Below are positions 37,494 through 47,704 of a DNA stretch of 64,000 nt, in pieces. The notes beneath the pieces were generated by a model. It was not told the origin of the DNA. It worked only from the letters and a program-made list of their open reading frames with translations, and did not search any database. How positions within the stretch are numbered: position 1 is the first letter of the stretch; each line of letters begins with the position of its first letter. The position numbers and the translations under genes are program-made. Where the stretch lies: positions 11,678 to 75,677 of the forward strand of contig CAZWVA010000003.1 of assembly GCA_964636885.1 (NCBI GenBank). Reading direction: 5' to 3'. The DNA is from an uncultured Spirochaetia bacterium (GTDB lineage: Bacteria; Desulfobacterota_D; UBA1144; Nemesobacterales; CSP1-2).

Positions 37494-38674
37494 CTCGGTT
37501 TTCCTCTAAGCGTGTATTCATAGACCGATTCCACCTTCTCTGCCGTCTTTTCCCATGTGTATTCCGAGGCGACGTAATCCCTAGCATTGGCACCTATTCT
37601 CTGGGCGAGTATAGGATCATTAAGGAGTTGGAGTATGGCTTTTGCAAAAGCGGAGATGTTCCCGTTCTCAACCACCAATCCGGTCTTTCCGTGTTTTATA
37701 TTCTTTGCGGATCCCTCAAAGGAGACGATCGGCTTTCTAGCCGCCATGTAGTTGAGGAGTTTCTGAGGAATCCCATCGCAGTCTGTACGTGGATTCAGGG
37801 CAACATCGGCACGGGCTAGGTGTTTGGGAATGTCATTAAACTCGGACTTTACTACATCGATGTATTCCCTGATCTTGAGGGCACTTGCCAGTGGTTCGTA
37901 GGGACTAAAAGGGGAATCCGAAACGATGAGAAGTCGAACGTCCCCTCTCTCGCTCAGGACTCGGCCGAAGGCTTGAAGAAGCAGGTCTATTCTCTGATAG
38001 GGAGCCAGGTTGCCGGTAAATACGAGTATCTTCTCCGCTTTTTTATACGTCTCGTGGTTTTCGGGTTTAATATCAAAGTGCTCGGATTCAACGCCATTTG
38101 TTACAACCGTGGTGTTCTCTGGCGTAACACCGGCATTCTTGATCAGTTTATTCCTTATCCTCTCGGTCACGGTTATAATGTGATCCGCCAGCCTTGGGAG
38201 CCAGAGGTCAAGACGCTGACTGATTCCTTTTTTTATCCTCTCCGGCAGTCCGAGTTCGTCATAGAAAGGGAGTTCTGACTCAAGGAGCGTATGCGCATCA
38301 TAAACGATGGGGTGTCTTGTCAATCTTCGCACGCAGAGGGAGACGAAGAGCCCTTCGTAGTTATGGGCATGGATGACGTCGATCTCGTACGCCTTTAGGA
38401 CTTTAAAAAGCTTGATTGCCAAAAGCGGATCCAGAACCATAAGCTTTTGATACGTTGGACCCGGAGAGCACTTTCTATAGGTCTTTACGTCTGGTATTCG
38501 GTGAATTCTGAAACCGGGTTCTTTCACCTCGTTTCCCAGATGGTAGGTTATGACGTGGACATCATGTCCCCTGCGTGAGAGGGCTTCTGTCATTCTGAAT
38601 ATCCTTATAGGGGTTCCCCTCGGATAGGGAAAGGGACAGGCCGCTACCATCGCGATTCTAAAGTGTCTCTTCAT
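37490..38674 (-). CDS. Glycosyltransferase family 4 (GT-B)
   Basis: N-terminal IAMVAACPFPYPRGT and a C-terminal EX7E-like region (FEGSAKNI...GLVVE). Confidence 0.85.
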   Translation of the reverse strand: MKRHFRIAMVAACPFPYPRGTPIRIFRMTEALSRRGHDVHVITYHLGNEVKEPGFRIHRIPDVKTYRKCSPGPTYQKLMVLDPLLAIKLFKVLKAYEIDVIHAHNYEGLFVSLCVRRLTRHPIVYDAHTLLESELPFYDELGLPERIKKGISQRLDLWLPRLADHIITVTERIRNKLIKNAGVTPENTTVVTNGVESEHFDIKPENHETYKKAEKILVFTGNLAPYQRIDLLLQAFGRVLSERGDVRLLIVSDSPFSPYEPLASALKIREYIDVVKSEFNDIPKHLARADVALNPRTDCDGIPQKLLNYMAARKPIVSFEGSAKNIKHGKTGLVVENGNISAFAKAILQLLNDPILAQRIGANARDYVASEYTWEKTAEKVESVYEYTLRGKPR

Positions 38675-39722
38675 CTCTACGGCTTAGGGCTGAATCCGTG
38701 TTTTTAATCTTTTTTGAAATAAAATCGGCTATGAGTGCCGCATTAGCCGCACGGTCATAGCCCAAGTGGAGTTCGTAGGTTTCGCTTTGCTGGATCAGGG
38801 TTAAGGACGCACGGAGCCTTGAAAAAAGGATCGGGATCTGCCTTACTATGTCAAAAAGATCGAAGCGTAAGAGGTATTCCAGGAGTTGGGGCACGCCGAT
38901 TCCCAATACACAGAGGCGAAAAAGGGCCAAGAAGGCCTTAATGGATGAGGTCTTTATAATCCGGGGTTGCCTCGAATGGATCCGCTTCCCTACAAACACA
39001 AAGCCCGGCTCGGCGACACCGGAGATCTGATCCTTAAAGTATTGGACATCGATAAGGGTCTTGGATTGATAGTGCGTTCGCTTAAACGGCTTTAGGAATT
39101 CTCCTGGTATTTCGAGGGGAGTTCCCTCTGCAACCCCCATTCGAATGGGAAACGGATAGAGAAGCCCCTTTGAGGAGACGAGCGGAACCTCCTCCGAAAG
39201 GAGTGAAAAGGCCTTATTCTCAAGAAGAGAGAGGGTTAGGGTCGTTTTTCCCCCTCCCATGGGGAGTAGACAAAGAACGGCTTTCTTCCCATAGACAACT
39301 CCCATTGCATGGATCCTGTGGAGCCTTTTCCGATCGAGAAGTTCGCCCATACGGCTCATGATCATTAGATAACTCTTTTCGTATAAAAGGTCGCGATCTG
39401 TACTGTAGATCTCCGCTGAATCATTACTGTGATTGTAAATCACAAGGGCCTTTCCGAAGGAATCGAAATACCTTGTATCCCCGTTCTTATATACCACGGC
39501 GTCTTTTGTGTGATAGATTGCGGGAGTGCCCTCCGGGATCCTTTCATAAGGTGGCTCTCTCAAAAAAACAGAGACATTAACCTGTGGCTTTCCCTTTTCT
39601 TGAGAGGGGTGAACACGAAAGTAAGAGAAATCGCTTTCTATAAATGAAGCGCTCTTTTTATCGTTCGATACGACTCTTAGAAGGATCCCATGAAAATCGA
39701 AGTAGAGAACCTCATCCGACAT
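38658..39722 (-). CDS. HPr kinase C-terminal-domain-like P-loop protein (HprK-related kinase)
   Basis: LLPMGGGKTTLTLSLLENKAFSLLSEEVPLV matches the HprK C-domain P-loop pattern G-x-G-K-[ST]...AL-L...ADD-like. Confidence 0.5.
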   Translation of the reverse strand: MSDEVLYFDFHGILLRVVSNDKKSASFIESDFSYFRVHPSQEKGKPQVNVSVFLREPPYERIPEGTPAIYHTKDAVVYKNGDTRYFDSFGKALVIYNHSNDSAEIYSTDRDLLYEKSYLMIMSRMGELLDRKRLHRIHAMGVVYGKKAVLCLLPMGGGKTTLTLSLLENKAFSLLSEEVPLVSSKGLLYPFPIRMGVAEGTPLEIPGEFLKPFKRTHYQSKTLIDVQYFKDQISGVAEPGFVFVGKRIHSRQPRIIKTSSIKAFLALFRLCVLGIGVPQLLEYLLRFDLFDIVRQIPILFSRLRASLTLIQQSETYELHLGYDRAANAALIADFISKKIKNTDSALSRRDEETL

Positions 39723-41046
39723 GATCCAACCCCTTACTTAATACGCTTACCGGCTCCTTTGAGCCGAGAATCCGAAGCTCCTGAAAGTTTAATCTCATTA
39801 ACCAAAATGCCAGAATCACCTCGGAGATCACAGTTGCACAAGCCGCTCCCGAAGCACTCCAAATCGGGATAACCATGAGGTTTAAGGCGATGTTTGTAAT
39901 CGCGCATATAAGCATGATCTTTATGGTCTTTCTCTCTAGAAAGATCGACCTGGCGAGTAGACCGCCTACGGTTGATACGTAAAGCAGTGGGACGCTCAGG
40001 TAAAGGATCCTAAGAACGGTTATGGAATCGTTGTATTTTGGACCGAATACGGTTGGTATGATAAAGCCTGCCGTCGTAACGACGAGTAGAGTCATACCCC
40101 CACCCATCGCTCCTATGACGAGTAGCATCTTTCTTAATAGCGTTTGGATACCAGACCAGTCTTGACGGGCTGCCATCTCGGAGCAGATGGGGAAAAAGAC
40201 CATTGTCATCGGTCTTACTATGAACCGCGAGGCCTCGAGCAGTTTGTAAGCGGCTTCGTAAGTGGCCACAACAGAATAGGGTTTCATAAAGCCAAGCATA
40301 ACCGAATCGACCTTGTAGTAAACAAGTCCAATGAGCGTTAGTATAAAAAAGGGGAGCGATACACGGAGTATATTGCGGGCAGAATCCGTATCCCAAGTGA
40401 ACTTTAGACTCCCTATCTTTCGCCGGAATATGGCAAAGGCGATAACGACTAAGAGGGCATTGGCCAGGATGTAACAGGCCAGTACTTCGGTCAGGCCCTT
40501 CTTTAATGTGACAGTAATAAAAATCAATCCGACTAATATGAGCCTTGTGCTAACGCCTGCGGTTACGTTGTATGCGACCCGCTTAAGTCCTAGGAATAGA
40601 GCTCCAAAGCCCTGGTAGAGTTCATCGAAAAAGACGTAGAGGGATGTGAGGAAGATGACGAGGAGGAGATCGGGTTTAAAGATGAGTGCAAATCCGTTTA
40701 GGGCGAGGAAATAAAGACCAAAGAGTGGGATGCGCAGTGAGATTACCTCTGAAAAGCACCGGCGTGCCCTTTCGGGGTTTCCTGCTACTTCTCTTATAAC
40801 GTGGCTGTCTGTGCCAAGCTCGGTAAACAAGACGAAAAAATTGGCAAGAGCGGCCGCAAAAAAGAACCCTCCCATCTCCTCTTTTGTCAGGTAGCGGGTT
40901 AGTATCATGAGGACGAGGTACCCAACGACCTTGTAGAAGAAATGAGAAGAGAAGGCCATAACCAAATCCCTTTTTACCTTTTGCCAGTCCATTAACCTGG
41001 GTTTATCCTCCTTTAAACCGCATGACGGTGTCACCATGTGTTTCAC
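39712..41046 (-). CDS. MOP-superfamily oligosaccharide flippase (Wzx-like polysaccharide biosynthesis protein)
   Basis: About 12 predicted TM helices, a length and hydropathy pattern typical of Wzx/PST-family flippases, and its position in a glycan cluster. Confidence 0.7.
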   Translation of the reverse strand: MKHMVTPSCGLKEDKPRLMDWQKVKRDLVMAFSSHFFYKVVGYLVLMILTRYLTKEEMGGFFFAAALANFFVLFTELGTDSHVIREVAGNPERARRCFSEVISLRIPLFGLYFLALNGFALIFKPDLLLVIFLTSLYVFFDELYQGFGALFLGLKRVAYNVTAGVSTRLILVGLIFITVTLKKGLTEVLACYILANALLVVIAFAIFRRKIGSLKFTWDTDSARNILRVSLPFFILTLIGLVYYKVDSVMLGFMKPYSVVATYEAAYKLLEASRFIVRPMTMVFFPICSEMAARQDWSGIQTLLRKMLLVIGAMGGGMTLLVVTTAGFIIPTVFGPKYNDSITVLRILYLSVPLLYVSTVGGLLARSIFLERKTIKIMLICAITNIALNLMVIPIWSASGAACATVISEVILAFWLMRLNFQELRILGSKEPVSVLSKGLDHVG

Positions 41047-41094
41047 CGCTTTTCTTTTCCCGTTTGGGCTTGGACGAAGAGGGCTAAAAACGCA

Positions 41095-42174
41095 TCAAAT
41101 AAACCTTTCGATTCGCCTCCAATAGGTTGTCACAAGAAAATCCAAACAGCCCTTCCCGATCCTTTCCAAGGGACCCTTTGTGAGGTCACCGGTAAAGGGA
41201 ATAGGGCCATCGCTTAGAATCTCACGATCCCGGATCCTTCTCTCCTTCTGTACGATTCGGCGCTTTTGGAGTATGAGAAGAGGATTCCGTATTATCCATA
41301 AGAGGGCTCTTAGCCATTCGCGAAACCATCCCTTCTCTATAACACCGATGAGCTGAAAGACCTCGTAAATAAAAAAAGCGGGAGAAAGGAGAAGGAGGGT
41401 TTTAAACTCGTAGTTTTTTAAAATAAGCTGCCATCTGTTTCGGATCAGGCAGAAGACACGAACCCTTGAGCGATCTCCCCCCTCTCTCAGGGAAAGCCCT
41501 TCTGTTCCCTCCCTGTGGTAGCAAATAGCAGAGGGTACGGATAGGATCTCATGCCCTAGGGTCCTGGTTCTTAAACCAAAGTCGTGATCCTCATAGTTGA
41601 AAAAGAACGTCTCGTCGAAGGGATCCCCTCTTCCCCATCTCTTCCTGTCTATGAGAAAACAGGCCGTAACCAGGGAGCCTATTTTTCTAATCTCCCCCGT
41701 TGACGTGCTTAGGGGCCGGTTTACGTTGTGCAGGGTCATGAGTCCGAGGAAATGGCTATCTGCCCCGTCGTACTGGATTATATCTCTGTTCTTGGTGTAT
41801 AGGACACGCGGCATGGCAACAGCCGCCCTGGGATTACCGTTTAGCGCCTCTATGAGTCTATCGGGGCAATCCGGGGCTAGACTGATATCGTTATCCATAA
41901 AGAGAATGAGGTCGCAGGATGAGGCTTTAAATCCCGCATTCCTTGCCGCCGCGGGTCCCAGGTTCTTACTTAGTTGAATCACCTTAACGGTGGGAAATCG
42001 GTTCCTAACGATTTCAAGACCCCTGTCATTAGAGGCGTTATCGATTAGAAGGATCTCCTCAAACCTTTCCTTTTGAGTAAAAACGGATCCAAGTGATTCC
42101 TCGAGATAGCGTTCCCCATTATAATTCACCATACAGAGCGTAAGGCGGTAAGGCGGGTGTCTCTCCACGCTCAT
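41095..42174 (-). CDS. Glycosyltransferase family 2
   Basis: LTLCMVNYNGERYLEESL...IDNASND...FMDNDI is the GT2 DxD fold. Confidence 0.85.
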   Translation of the reverse strand: MSVERHPPYRLTLCMVNYNGERYLEESLGSVFTQKERFEEILLIDNASNDRGLEIVRNRFPTVKVIQLSKNLGPAAARNAGFKASSCDLILFMDNDISLAPDCPDRLIEALNGNPRAAVAMPRVLYTKNRDIIQYDGADSHFLGLMTLHNVNRPLSTSTGEIRKIGSLVTACFLIDRKRWGRGDPFDETFFFNYEDHDFGLRTRTLGHEILSVPSAICYHREGTEGLSLREGGDRSRVRVFCLIRNRWQLILKNYEFKTLLLLSPAFFIYEVFQLIGVIEKGWFREWLRALLWIIRNPLLILQKRRIVQKERRIRDREILSDGPIPFTGDLTKGPLERIGKGCLDFLVTTYWRRIERFI

Positions 42175-42525
42175 AGTCTAATCCTAACGGCTTTTTCTGT
42201 ATTTAGGTGGAATTTCCGAACCCTCAGGGCCTAAAGGGTCTATGGTTTTCTGTAACTCGCTTTTGGATTTTCTTAGTCCGATTAGGTGGGTGATTTGGGG
42301 ACCCTTACCGAAACGTCACATTAAAGCTTCCGCACCTCATTTACAGGATGATAAGTGATAAGAGGGTATCAGTTCTTTAAACTAGGATACTATACCTCAA
42401 AAATCAATACGACTTATGTCTTATATTTAGGTAAGAAAAGTATTAACCTGGAAAAACGTATTAAAACTTTAGACCTAAAACTAAAACAAAGCCGCCCCTT
42501 TGACTTAAGGGACTTACGTTCGGAT

Positions 42526-44286
42526 CTAAGCCGGGAGGGTGATTATAAAGCGGCTTCCCTTTCCGACCTCGCTTTCAACCTCTATTTTCCCGCCGTGCAT
42601 TATTACGACGTGTTTTACTATACTAAGACCCAGTCCTGTGCCGCCGATCTTCCTTGAGCGTGTTTTATCCACCCTGTAGAACCTTTCAAAGATCCTGGGC
42701 AGGTGCTCCTTTGGAATCCCGATCCCCGTATCAAAGACCTCAATCCTGAGGTGTGAATCGGCATGGGTGATATGAATTCCTATGGCGCCTTCTTCCGGAG
42801 TGTATTTAACGGCGTTATCTACGAGATTTATAAACATCTGTTCCAAGAGAAAACCGTCTCCCTTAAAAGGAGGCAGATTCTCATTTATATCTATAGAGAC
42901 CCGGAGGTCCTTTTCTTCTATCCTGCTCCTTAATGGTTCAAGGGACGAGTATACGATTTCCTTAAGGTCGACCTCTTCGAAGACGGTTTTAGCATCTTCT
43001 CCCCTTTGTGTGCTTTTTCTTTCGATCTCGGATAATAAAAGGAGGTCTGACACTATGTTTATGAGTCTATCGGTGTGCCTTCTTATTATACTGAGAAAAT
43101 GCCTTCTTTCCTCCGGGTTTTCATACGCTCCTTCTTCCAGCGTTTCAACATAGCCCTTTACCGCCGTAAGCGGGGTTCTTAGCTCATGTGAAACGTTTGC
43201 AACTATATCGGCCTTTATCTGTTCCAGTCTTTTAAACTCTGTGATGTCAAACATCACGAGTATCGTCTCTTTGGAATCCAGCGGGATGCCGCTTACAAGG
43301 TAGCGTTTCTCGGTAGGATAGAAGAGGGAAACCTCCCTTTTCTCGGCTACCCGGTTTTTCGTCACTCTTTCTATTAACCCTATTATCTCTCTATTTCTTA
43401 AGACCTCCCAATACGGTCTTCCGACGTGGGAACCCTTTATCCCAATCATGTCTTTTAGGGCGTGGTTCATGAGGATGACATTGCCATCATCTGCTACGAC
43501 CATTACCCCTTCGCTCATAGCTATTAGAACGGCTTCAAGCTGGCTCTTCTCAATAGAAACCCGCTTGAATAGCTCCCCCAGTCTCTCGACCATCTTGCTT
43601 AGGGCGAGATTTAGCTTTCCGATCTCCCCCTTCTTATCCGAGATTGGGATACTTACATTGAAATTCCCACTTGCGATCTCTTCGGATAGGCGGATGGCCT
43701 TTTCAAGCGATCTTGTAAACGTCTTAGAGGAAACAAGGGAGAGGAGAAGCGCAAAAAGCATAAGGATTAAACCGAGGTATATCACTTGTAACCTTATTGA
43801 AAGGAGTTCCTCTTCGACCGAACTAAGCGGAAGGGCCGTGCGAACTACGGCTTTGGTTTCTCCTCTTTCGTCTCTTATGGGAACCGCAACGTAAAGCATA
43901 TCCCTTTTAAGAGTCGTGCTATAGCGCGTGCTTTCTCCGATTCCTTTAGAAACCGCGTCTTTTACCTCAGGTCTACCTGCATGGTTCTCCATTTCCTCGG
44001 GGTCTTTTTCCGAGTCACCAACTACGGTTCCCTTCCTGTCAATTACCGTAATCCTCACACCTGCCTTTTTACCGAATCGAGAGGTTAGTGAGGCGATTTC
44101 TTCCCTTCTATCCCATGAAACGGTTTTAAGGACCTCTTGTAACAGATTGGCCGTGGTAAGTAGCCTCTCTTTTGTGAGTGATCTATCGTGGTTTTTTAGT
44201 TCGACGATTGTGAACGTAATGAATAGGATTAGAACGAAGGATACAATTAAAAAACCGGAAAGAAACTGTCTCCAGAATACTCTCAA
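42526..44286 (-). CDS. Sensor histidine kinase (PhoR-like: TM, periplasmic domain, HAMP, PAS, HisKA, HATPase_c)
   Basis: H-box (NVSHELRTPLT), N, G1 (DTGIGI) and G2 (GGTGLGL) boxes, with an N-terminal TM helix and sensor region. Confidence 0.85.
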   Translation of the reverse strand: MRVFWRQFLSGFLIVSFVLILFITFTIVELKNHDRSLTKERLLTTANLLQEVLKTVSWDRREEIASLTSRFGKKAGVRITVIDRKGTVVGDSEKDPEEMENHAGRPEVKDAVSKGIGESTRYSTTLKRDMLYVAVPIRDERGETKAVVRTALPLSSVEEELLSIRLQVIYLGLILMLFALLLSLVSSKTFTRSLEKAIRLSEEIASGNFNVSIPISDKKGEIGKLNLALSKMVERLGELFKRVSIEKSQLEAVLIAMSEGVMVVADDGNVILMNHALKDMIGIKGSHVGRPYWEVLRNREIIGLIERVTKNRVAEKREVSLFYPTEKRYLVSGIPLDSKETILVMFDITEFKRLEQIKADIVANVSHELRTPLTAVKGYVETLEEGAYENPEERRHFLSIIRRHTDRLINIVSDLLLLSEIERKSTQRGEDAKTVFEEVDLKEIVYSSLEPLRSRIEEKDLRVSIDINENLPPFKGDGFLLEQMFINLVDNAVKYTPEEGAIGIHITHADSHLRIEVFDTGIGIPKEHLPRIFERFYRVDKTRSRKIGGTGLGLSIVKHVVIMHGGKIEVESEVGKGSRFIITLPA

Positions 44287-44972
44287 ATCTCTAACTTGTA
44301 ACCTATTCCCCGTATCGTTTTTATCAGGTCCCCGGCCTTGCCGAGTTTCTCCCTTAGGTTTTTTATATGGACGTCAATGGTTCTATCATAAACCAGCTTG
44401 TCATCTCCCCAGAGCCTTTTCTTCTTAAGGAGTTGGTCCCTTGTAAATACCCTTCCCCTTCCCTCTGCAAGCACCTCGAGTATCTTGAATTCCGTTGTTG
44501 TAAGCTCTACCTTCTTCCCGTCAACCGAGGCCTCGAATTTCTCGGTGTCAATTGAAAGGGGGCCGAGCTTTAAGGGCCTTTTTTCGTCTTCTCTTGTGGC
44601 TACCCTTCTCAGGATGGTTTTTACCCTAGCTACGAGTTCCCTAGGACTAAAGGGCTTTACCATGTAGTCGTCTGCCCCGAGTTCGAGTCCGACCACGACG
44701 TCCGCTTCTGTAGCCTTTGCGGTAAGCATGATTATCGGCATCGATGCCGTACGACTTCTGCTTTTTAGGATCCTGCATATCTCGAGCCCGTCTATTCCGG
44801 GAAGCATTATGTCAAGAATGGTAAGGTCGGGCGTTACGGATTCTATATACGAGAGAAAGTCCCTGCCGTTATAAAACTCTTTTACCTTAAAACCCTCCCT
44901 CTTTAAGTGGTGGCTTACGAGTTCCACTATGTCTTCTTCATCGTCCACTACGGCTATTACACTATCAATCAT
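44283..44972 (-). CDS. OmpR/PhoB-family response regulator
   Basis: A receiver domain (VVDDEEDI...LDIMLPGIDG) plus a winged-helix DNA-binding domain. Its stop overlaps the kinase start. Confidence 0.85.
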   Translation of the reverse strand: MIDSVIAVVDDEEDIVELVSHHLKREGFKVKEFYNGRDFLSYIESVTPDLTILDIMLPGIDGLEICRILKSRSRTASMPIIMLTAKATEADVVVGLELGADDYMVKPFSPRELVARVKTILRRVATREDEKRPLKLGPLSIDTEKFEASVDGKKVELTTTEFKILEVLAEGRGRVFTRDQLLKKKRLWGDDKLVYDRTIDVHIKNLREKLGKAGDLIKTIRGIGYKLEI

Positions 44973-45132
44973 ACCGTACCCGCTATGTTTGGTTTTAGAA
45001 TATATTATAGATTCTGGCTATTTTGTTGCAATAGAACCCCTATATCCTTAATTAAACCTTAACATTTCTTTCATACGGAATTAATTTCCCCCCTATATCA
45101 TTTCCTCCAAATCCAAAATTAAGGAGGGTGAA

Positions 45133-46506
45133 GTGATGAAACCCATTATACGAGCGGTGATTGTCGGACTGCTCATCCCACCTCTTCTGGGAGTGAACTC
45201 TCAGGCACAATCCCGGAGCACTCAGATAGAAGCCCTAAAAAGACAGATGGAGGAAATCCAGAAGCAGAACCAGTGGCAAATAGAGGAGCTCCGTAAGAAG
45301 ATCGAGGAGTTGGAGGCCCAAAAGGACGCTGACCAGAAGAGGATAGAGGAGCTAGCCGCCAAGAAGGAGGAGGAAGAAAAGGATGCCTGGTGGAAGAAGG
45401 TCGAGATAGGGTATAAGAAACCCGGAGACGGTTTCACTATTAAGTCCAAGGATGGACTCTTTTCACTAAGGACTAGGCTGCGAACCCAGGTCCAGTTCTC
45501 TATTAGTGACGCCGATGAGGAAAATACGGAAACCGATTTTAACATAAGGAGGTTTAGGCTTTATTTTGACGGTAACGTCTTTACACCCTGGTTACTCTAT
45601 TACATTCAAGCGAGTGCAGACAACGATGGGAGTTTTACGCTAAGGGATGCCTATTTTGACTTTGCGTACAATACCATGTTCGTTCCAAGACCGGGTCAAT
45701 TTAAGGTTCCCTTCAATAGGGAGGAGTTAACCTCGTCCTCTGAACTACAGCTTGTGGAGAGGTCGATCGTAAACGAGGAGTTTAGTTTCGCCCGTGATAG
45801 GGGAGCCGCGATTTACGGGGTACTGGGGAATTACATCACCTATGGTGCGGGGGTATTTAACGGTGATGGAAGAAACGGTAGGAGCGTTGATTCTAATCTG
45901 CTGTATGCGGGCAGGATAATGTTCACCCCCTGTTGTGGGGAGTTGAAATACGCTAATTCCTCTTTCCCCGCGGGTGGGGATTACAAGATCGAGCCCAATT
46001 TTGGTGAGGACAAACCGCTCATCGCTATCGGTGTTTCTGCATTAGGGATCCCCGGGCTCCGTATCGATAGAAAAACCCCGGACAACAATATAGATGACAG
46101 ATTCGCTGAGATTGGAACAGTGGATGCGGATGTTTTTTCGGCCTCTGCCGATATTAATTTCAAGTACTCTGTTTTTAGCATGGAGGGGGAATTCGATTAT
46201 AGACGTATATCTCCAGATGAGTCGGGCCTTCCTAAGGCCAATGACTATGGTGTAAGGGCACAGGCCGGTGTTTTTCTTCTTCCCCAATTCATCGAGGTCG
46301 CTGCCAGATACGCCCAGATCTGGTACGATACCGATGTGGAAGGAAGGGATACCAAATGGGAGCTCACACCCGGACTCAACTTCTACCTGTCAAAAAACCA
46401 TAAGTATAAGATACAACTAAGCTATTCATTCATACGAAACGAATTTACGGATAGCCAGGATATAGATGAAAACGTATTGAGAACCCAGTTCCAGGTCTAT
46501 TTCTGA
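45133..46506 (+). CDS. Phosphate-selective porin O/P (OprO/OprP-like) outer-membrane protein
   Basis: Signal peptide, an N-terminal coiled-coil segment, a β-barrel body ending in a C-terminal Phe, and overall similarity to the Porin_O_P family. It is divergent from the PhoR/PhoB-like pair. Confidence 0.6.
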   Translation: MMKPIIRAVIVGLLIPPLLGVNSQAQSRSTQIEALKRQMEEIQKQNQWQIEELRKKIEELEAQKDADQKRIEELAAKKEEEEKDAWWKKVEIGYKKPGDGFTIKSKDGLFSLRTRLRTQVQFSISDADEENTETDFNIRRFRLYFDGNVFTPWLLYYIQASADNDGSFTLRDAYFDFAYNTMFVPRPGQFKVPFNREELTSSSELQLVERSIVNEEFSFARDRGAAIYGVLGNYITYGAGVFNGDGRNGRSVDSNLLYAGRIMFTPCCGELKYANSSFPAGGDYKIEPNFGEDKPLIAIGVSALGIPGLRIDRKTPDNNIDDRFAEIGTVDADVFSASADINFKYSVFSMEGEFDYRRISPDESGLPKANDYGVRAQAGVFLLPQFIEVAARYAQIWYDTDVEGRDTKWELTPGLNFYLSKNHKYKIQLSYSFIRNEFTDSQDIDENVLRTQFQVYF

Positions 46507-46533
46507 CCTTCTCATCCCTTCTCCTTGGCCTCA

Positions 46534-46571
46534 GGCCCGGCATAGACCCAACTATGCCGGGCCTTTTATTT
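46534..46571 (+). terminator. Rho-independent terminator after the porin gene
   Basis: A perfect 12-bp stem (GGCCCGGCATAG ... CTATGCCGGGCC) is followed by TTTTATTT. Confidence 0.65.
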
Positions 46572-46697
46572 AAGACTGACCTAGGGGAGAGGGTATAAAG
46601 GGATCCTACCTTTAAGCTTACTATTGTGGAGAGGACGGCTCTTTGGCTTAGAGGGATTTGGTCTTTTTGGTTTGACTTAAGGTGAGTAAAAGGGCTA

Positions 46698-47435
46698 TCA
46701 GTTCGTCTTATGGGGTTGTCTTCCGTCCATTACTCCACCCACTACCAGTATGGATACGAGCCTTCCTATAACGTCTTTCGGTAATGTGCTTTTTTCTAAA
46801 CCCTTAACCGTCTTTTCGATATCGTATTTAACCCTCTTTATAGTCGCCACCCCGTCTTCAATCACGGCATAAGAAGCCCTCGGATTAAAATCCCTCGGTT
46901 GTCCAACCGAACCCGGGTTTAGGGCGGTTGTTCTACCCAGGTATCTTATGAAGGGTTTATGGGAGTGGCCAACCAGTATAAAGTCGTATTTGTTCTCGAA
47001 CTCGAATCCCGCTGTATCATCCAGGCTTAAATATCCGTACGTATGTCCCTGTGATCCGTGTGCCAAGTGGAAGGTTAGGCCATCAAGGGTGAAGCTATTA
47101 TCAAGGGGAAGCCGTCTAAGAAAACCAACCTCTTCGCTTCCAAGGAGACCCTCTCCCCATTCTCTGGTGATTATTGAGAGCCTGCTTAGTTCGCTGGAAC
47201 ACTGACATCCGATACCATAGGCCATCGCATGGTCATGGTCTCCCCTAACCCCCCAGAACCTACCTTTATAGGACCTCATAAGGAACCTGATGCATTCCCT
47301 GGGATTGGGGCCGAAGTCCACCGCATCGCCAAGGAATATAAGGGAATCGTAGGTTTCTTTTGCCAAAATCGCCTCTAGTGCATACCAGTTTGCATGTATG
47401 TCTGAAAGTATCAGGATCTTCATTCTGTATGACAT
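46698..47435 (-). CDS. Calcineurin-like metallophosphoesterase
   Basis: MKILILSDIHAN...FLGDAVDFG...GHSHK are the phosphoesterase motifs I-IV. Confidence 0.8.
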   Translation of the reverse strand: MSYRMKILILSDIHANWYALEAILAKETYDSLIFLGDAVDFGPNPRECIRFLMRSYKGRFWGVRGDHDHAMAYGIGCQCSSELSRLSIITREWGEGLLGSEEVGFLRRLPLDNSFTLDGLTFHLAHGSQGHTYGYLSLDDTAGFEFENKYDFILVGHSHKPFIRYLGRTTALNPGSVGQPRDFNPRASYAVIEDGVATIKRVKYDIEKTVKGLEKSTLPKDVIGRLVSILVVGGVMDGRQPHKTN

Positions 47436-47637
47436 TCTAAGGCGGGTTTATTAAGCGGGTATTAAGAAAGGGTTAAGATTGCGTTAGAAAGTGGTAAGGG
47501 TTAAAAATCCTTTAATCGGGAAACCGGATTTTGCCGTCTTAATCCATGGGCAATACTCAAAAACGGTTTAGAATACTGGCCGATTTTATGCGGCTTAAGA
47601 GCTATACCTGCAGAGAAAAAAGTTACAAAAAAACCCC

Positions 47638-47664
47638 TTGACAAAGATTTATAATTTATATAAA
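47638..47664 (+). promoter_or_regulatory. Candidate promoter (TTGACA-N15-TATAAA) upstream of the 47705 outer-membrane protein gene
   Basis: A perfect -35 hexamer and an A/T-rich -10 region lie about 40 nt upstream of a strong AAGGAGG RBS and the ATG at 47705. Spacing is suboptimal. Confidence 0.3.
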
Positions 47665-47704
47665 GTAAGGTCAGACCTTAAAAATCAAAAGGAGGTAAGG
47701 AGAG

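Noticed and set aside
42355-42657. 100-aa plus-strand ORF at the 3' end of the histidine kinase region
   Set aside because: It overlaps the C-terminus of the well-supported sensor kinase on the opposite strand and has no RBS or recognisable domain.
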